Below are positions 53,509-54,954 of a stretch of DNA of 54,954 nucleotides, piece by piece (position 1 is the first letter of the stretch; every line of letters begins with the position of its first letter). The notes under the pieces were generated by a model. That model was given only the letters and a program-made list of their open reading frames with translations. It was not told where the DNA came from and made no database searches. The translations under genes were made by a program, and so were the position numbers. The DNA is from an uncultured Candidatus Saccharibacteria bacterium (GTDB taxonomy: Bacteria > Patescibacteriota > Minisyncoccia > Phycocordibacterales > Zambryskibacteraceae), in contig CAYVDB010000002.1 in NCBI GenBank assembly GCA_964450705.1, positions 1 through 54,954 on the forward strand. The letters run 5' to 3'.

Positions 53509-53646
53509 TTACATAGTTTCTTCGTCGGCTTCGAGTTCGTCATCGTCTCCGAAATCTTCCTCATCGCCTTCTTCGAGAGCTTCCTCATCTAAGACCTCTT
53601 CTTTTTCTTCAGCACCACTTTCTTCGTCTCGCAATTCGTCGTCCAT
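53509..53646 (-). CDS. possible 45-aa highly acidic micro-protein
   Basis: Hand translation: MDDELRDEESGAEEKEEVLDEEALEEGDEEDFGDDDELEADEETM. Bracketed by a possible promoter (TTGCAA 53730-53735, TGG TACAAA) and the terminator. No SD. Confidence 0.3.
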   Translation of the reverse strand: MDDELRDEESGAEEKEEVLDEEALEEGDEEDFGDDDELEADEETM

Positions 53647-53765
53647 AATGTATGTTTTAACTTGTTAACAATACCCAAAATACATTAAGAGAATTTTGGA
53701 TTTCCTATTTGTACCAAATCGATATTTCTTTGCAAGAGGGGGTAAGGTCTTGTGTGGATAAAAGT

Positions 53766-54236
53766 CTATAGATGAACAAGTGTTGTTAGGGCTACAGCGA
53801 TGGCGTCAAATTCATCGTCACGAGCTCGCGTCTTTTTTAACCCTAAAAGCATTCGAACCATATCAATAATTTGTTTCTTATCAGCTTTTCCATAGCCAGT
53901 TACCGACATCTTTATTTCTGGAGGGCTGAATTCGTATATTGATAAACTATTTTCTGCGGCGGTAAGAAGAATTACTCCTCGCGCTTCAGATACTGGAAAT
54001 GCTGTTTTTTGATTTGCGCTAAAAAAAAGAGTTTCTATTCCAAGAACCGTAGGCTTATATGTGCTTATGATCTCTTGGCAATGCAATTTTATGGCCAGAA
54101 GTCGTTCTGGGTGTGAGAGTGAGCGCTTTGTTTCAAAACATTCTGAATAAAGTAACTTCTCTTTTGTGCGAGCATTTTTCTCAATGAGGGCAATACCTAA
54201 GCGTTCGTAACCAGGATCTATGCCAAGAACAATCAT
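53766..54236 (-). CDS. ruvC: Holliday junction resolvase RuvC
   Basis: ORF trimmed to MIVLGIDPGYERLGIALIE (ATG 54234-54236), 1 nt after the yebC-like stop. Confidence 0.85.
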   Translation of the reverse strand: MIVLGIDPGYERLGIALIEKNARTKEKLLYSECFETKRSLSHPERLLAIKLHCQEIISTYKPTVLGIETLFFSANQKTAFPVSEARGVILLTAAENSLSIYEFSPPEIKMSVTGYGKADKKQIIDMVRMLLGLKKTRARDDEFDAIAVALTTLVHL

Positions 54237-54237
54237 A

Positions 54238-54768
54238 TTATTCTGAGACGTTGGTAAACACTTCTTGAACTTCATCGTTTTCCTCAAGTTCATCAATGAT
54301 TTGTTCCAAGAGTTGGCCATCTTTTTCTTCAAGTGAAACCGTAACGTTCGGAATCCATCCTTCCGTTGTTTTTTCAAATGCCCAACTTGCACTACCGATT
54401 CCCGCGAGCGAAATATTGTGATTTGATAGTATGTGTTTAATTTCTTGAGCCGCTTTGTTTTTGTTTGACGTCAAAGCTTCAATAATAAGAGCACAGCCAC
54501 CGGGTCCGTATGCTTCATAAGTAATACTTTCAAGGTCTCCGTCCGCTTCTCCTGCTCGTTTGAGAGCGCGTAGAATATTATCATTTGGAACGTTTAGTGA
54601 ACGAGCCTTTTCAATAGCTGCCCGAAGTCCTGGGGCAGAAACGTTTCCCTGAGCCTTTTTTGCTTCAACCGAAATCATTCGCACAAGTTTGCCGTATATT
54701 TTTGATTTTTGGGCGTCAGTTTTTTCCTTCTGACGTTTTATTTTTGACCATTTATTATGTCCTGCCAT
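54238..54768 (-). CDS. YebC/PmpR-family protein, shortened (176 aa)
   Basis: MAGHNKWSKIKRQKEKTDAQKSKIYGKL and YEAYGPGGCALIIEALTSNKNK. Confidence 0.8.
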   Translation of the reverse strand: MAGHNKWSKIKRQKEKTDAQKSKIYGKLVRMISVEAKKAQGNVSAPGLRAAIEKARSLNVPNDNILRALKRAGEADGDLESITYEAYGPGGCALIIEALTSNKNKAAQEIKHILSNHNISLAGIGSASWAFEKTTEGWIPNVTVSLEEKDGQLLEQIIDELEENDEVQEVFTNVSE

Positions 54769-54770
54769 GT

Positions 54771-54954
54771 TTATAAGAGTTTTTCCTGTAAATTTGCCGG
54801 AGGCTTATAGCCCATGTGTTCGTATCCAAGAGCAGTCAGTACACGTCCACGCGGGGTTCGCTCTAAAAATCCAATCTGTAATAGATAAGGTTCGTTAAAC
54901 TCTTCGAGCGTCTCTTCTTCTTCAGATAGGGAGGCTGAAAGAGTGTTTAGCCCC
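54771..54954 (-). CDS. ruvB: Holliday junction helicase RuvB, C-terminal fragment (N-terminus outside window)
   Basis: Hand translation: ...[44 protein letters not shown]. Stop codon at 54771-54773. Confidence 0.85.
   Translation of the reverse strand, partial: GLNTLSASLSEEEETLEEFNEPYLLQIGFLERTPRGRVLTALGYEHMGYKPPANLQEKLL

Overview
This is a low-GC, gene-dense bacterial chromosome segment (hand counts of 60-nt samples give about 20-35% G+C outside one island). It contains the replication-origin neighbourhood: rpmH-rnpA-yidC lie divergent from dnaA-dnaN, with DnaA boxes nearby. All family calls rest on motifs I recognise in the translations; no searches were run. The gene content suggests a reduced-genome monoderm, possibly of the CPR/Patescibacteria type (inference). 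That content includes pilus genes with giant pilin-like proteins, a PrgI/VirB4/VirB6/T4SS-pilin cluster, domain-reduced housekeeping proteins and many small secreted hypotheticals.

Layout from left to right:
- 1-9457: type IV pilus operon (pilB, pilC, a 605-aa prepilin-like protein, a pseudopilin), preceded by a 1230-aa mosaic surface protein.
- 9671-10966: a single-gene GC-rich island encoding a metzincin lipoprotein.
- 11207-18835: housekeeping block (nusA, ppa, a tig lacking its PPIase domain, rsmE, clpP, rny, hup).
- 19492-21559: five tRNAs, none encoding CCA, interleaved with small protein genes. Two related ~100-nt elements follow the two tRNA-Gly genes. cca lies divergent from the array.
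- 23126-33259: a candidate structured ncRNA, then xth, a Xer-type recombinase, rpsO, an NYN protein, a DksA-like protein, a ComM-like protein, a LysM-M23 peptidase, a UvrD/PcrA helicase and rsmA.
- 33224-46634: a 12-kb T4SS-like cluster without relaxase or coupling protein, including a pilin fused to a putative zinc peptidase and a two-ORF VirB4.
- 46642-54954: origin region, PBP1A and ruvC-yebC-ruvB.

Seven genes carry a -10 box 6-7 nt upstream of their ATG, which suggests widespread leaderless mRNAs.
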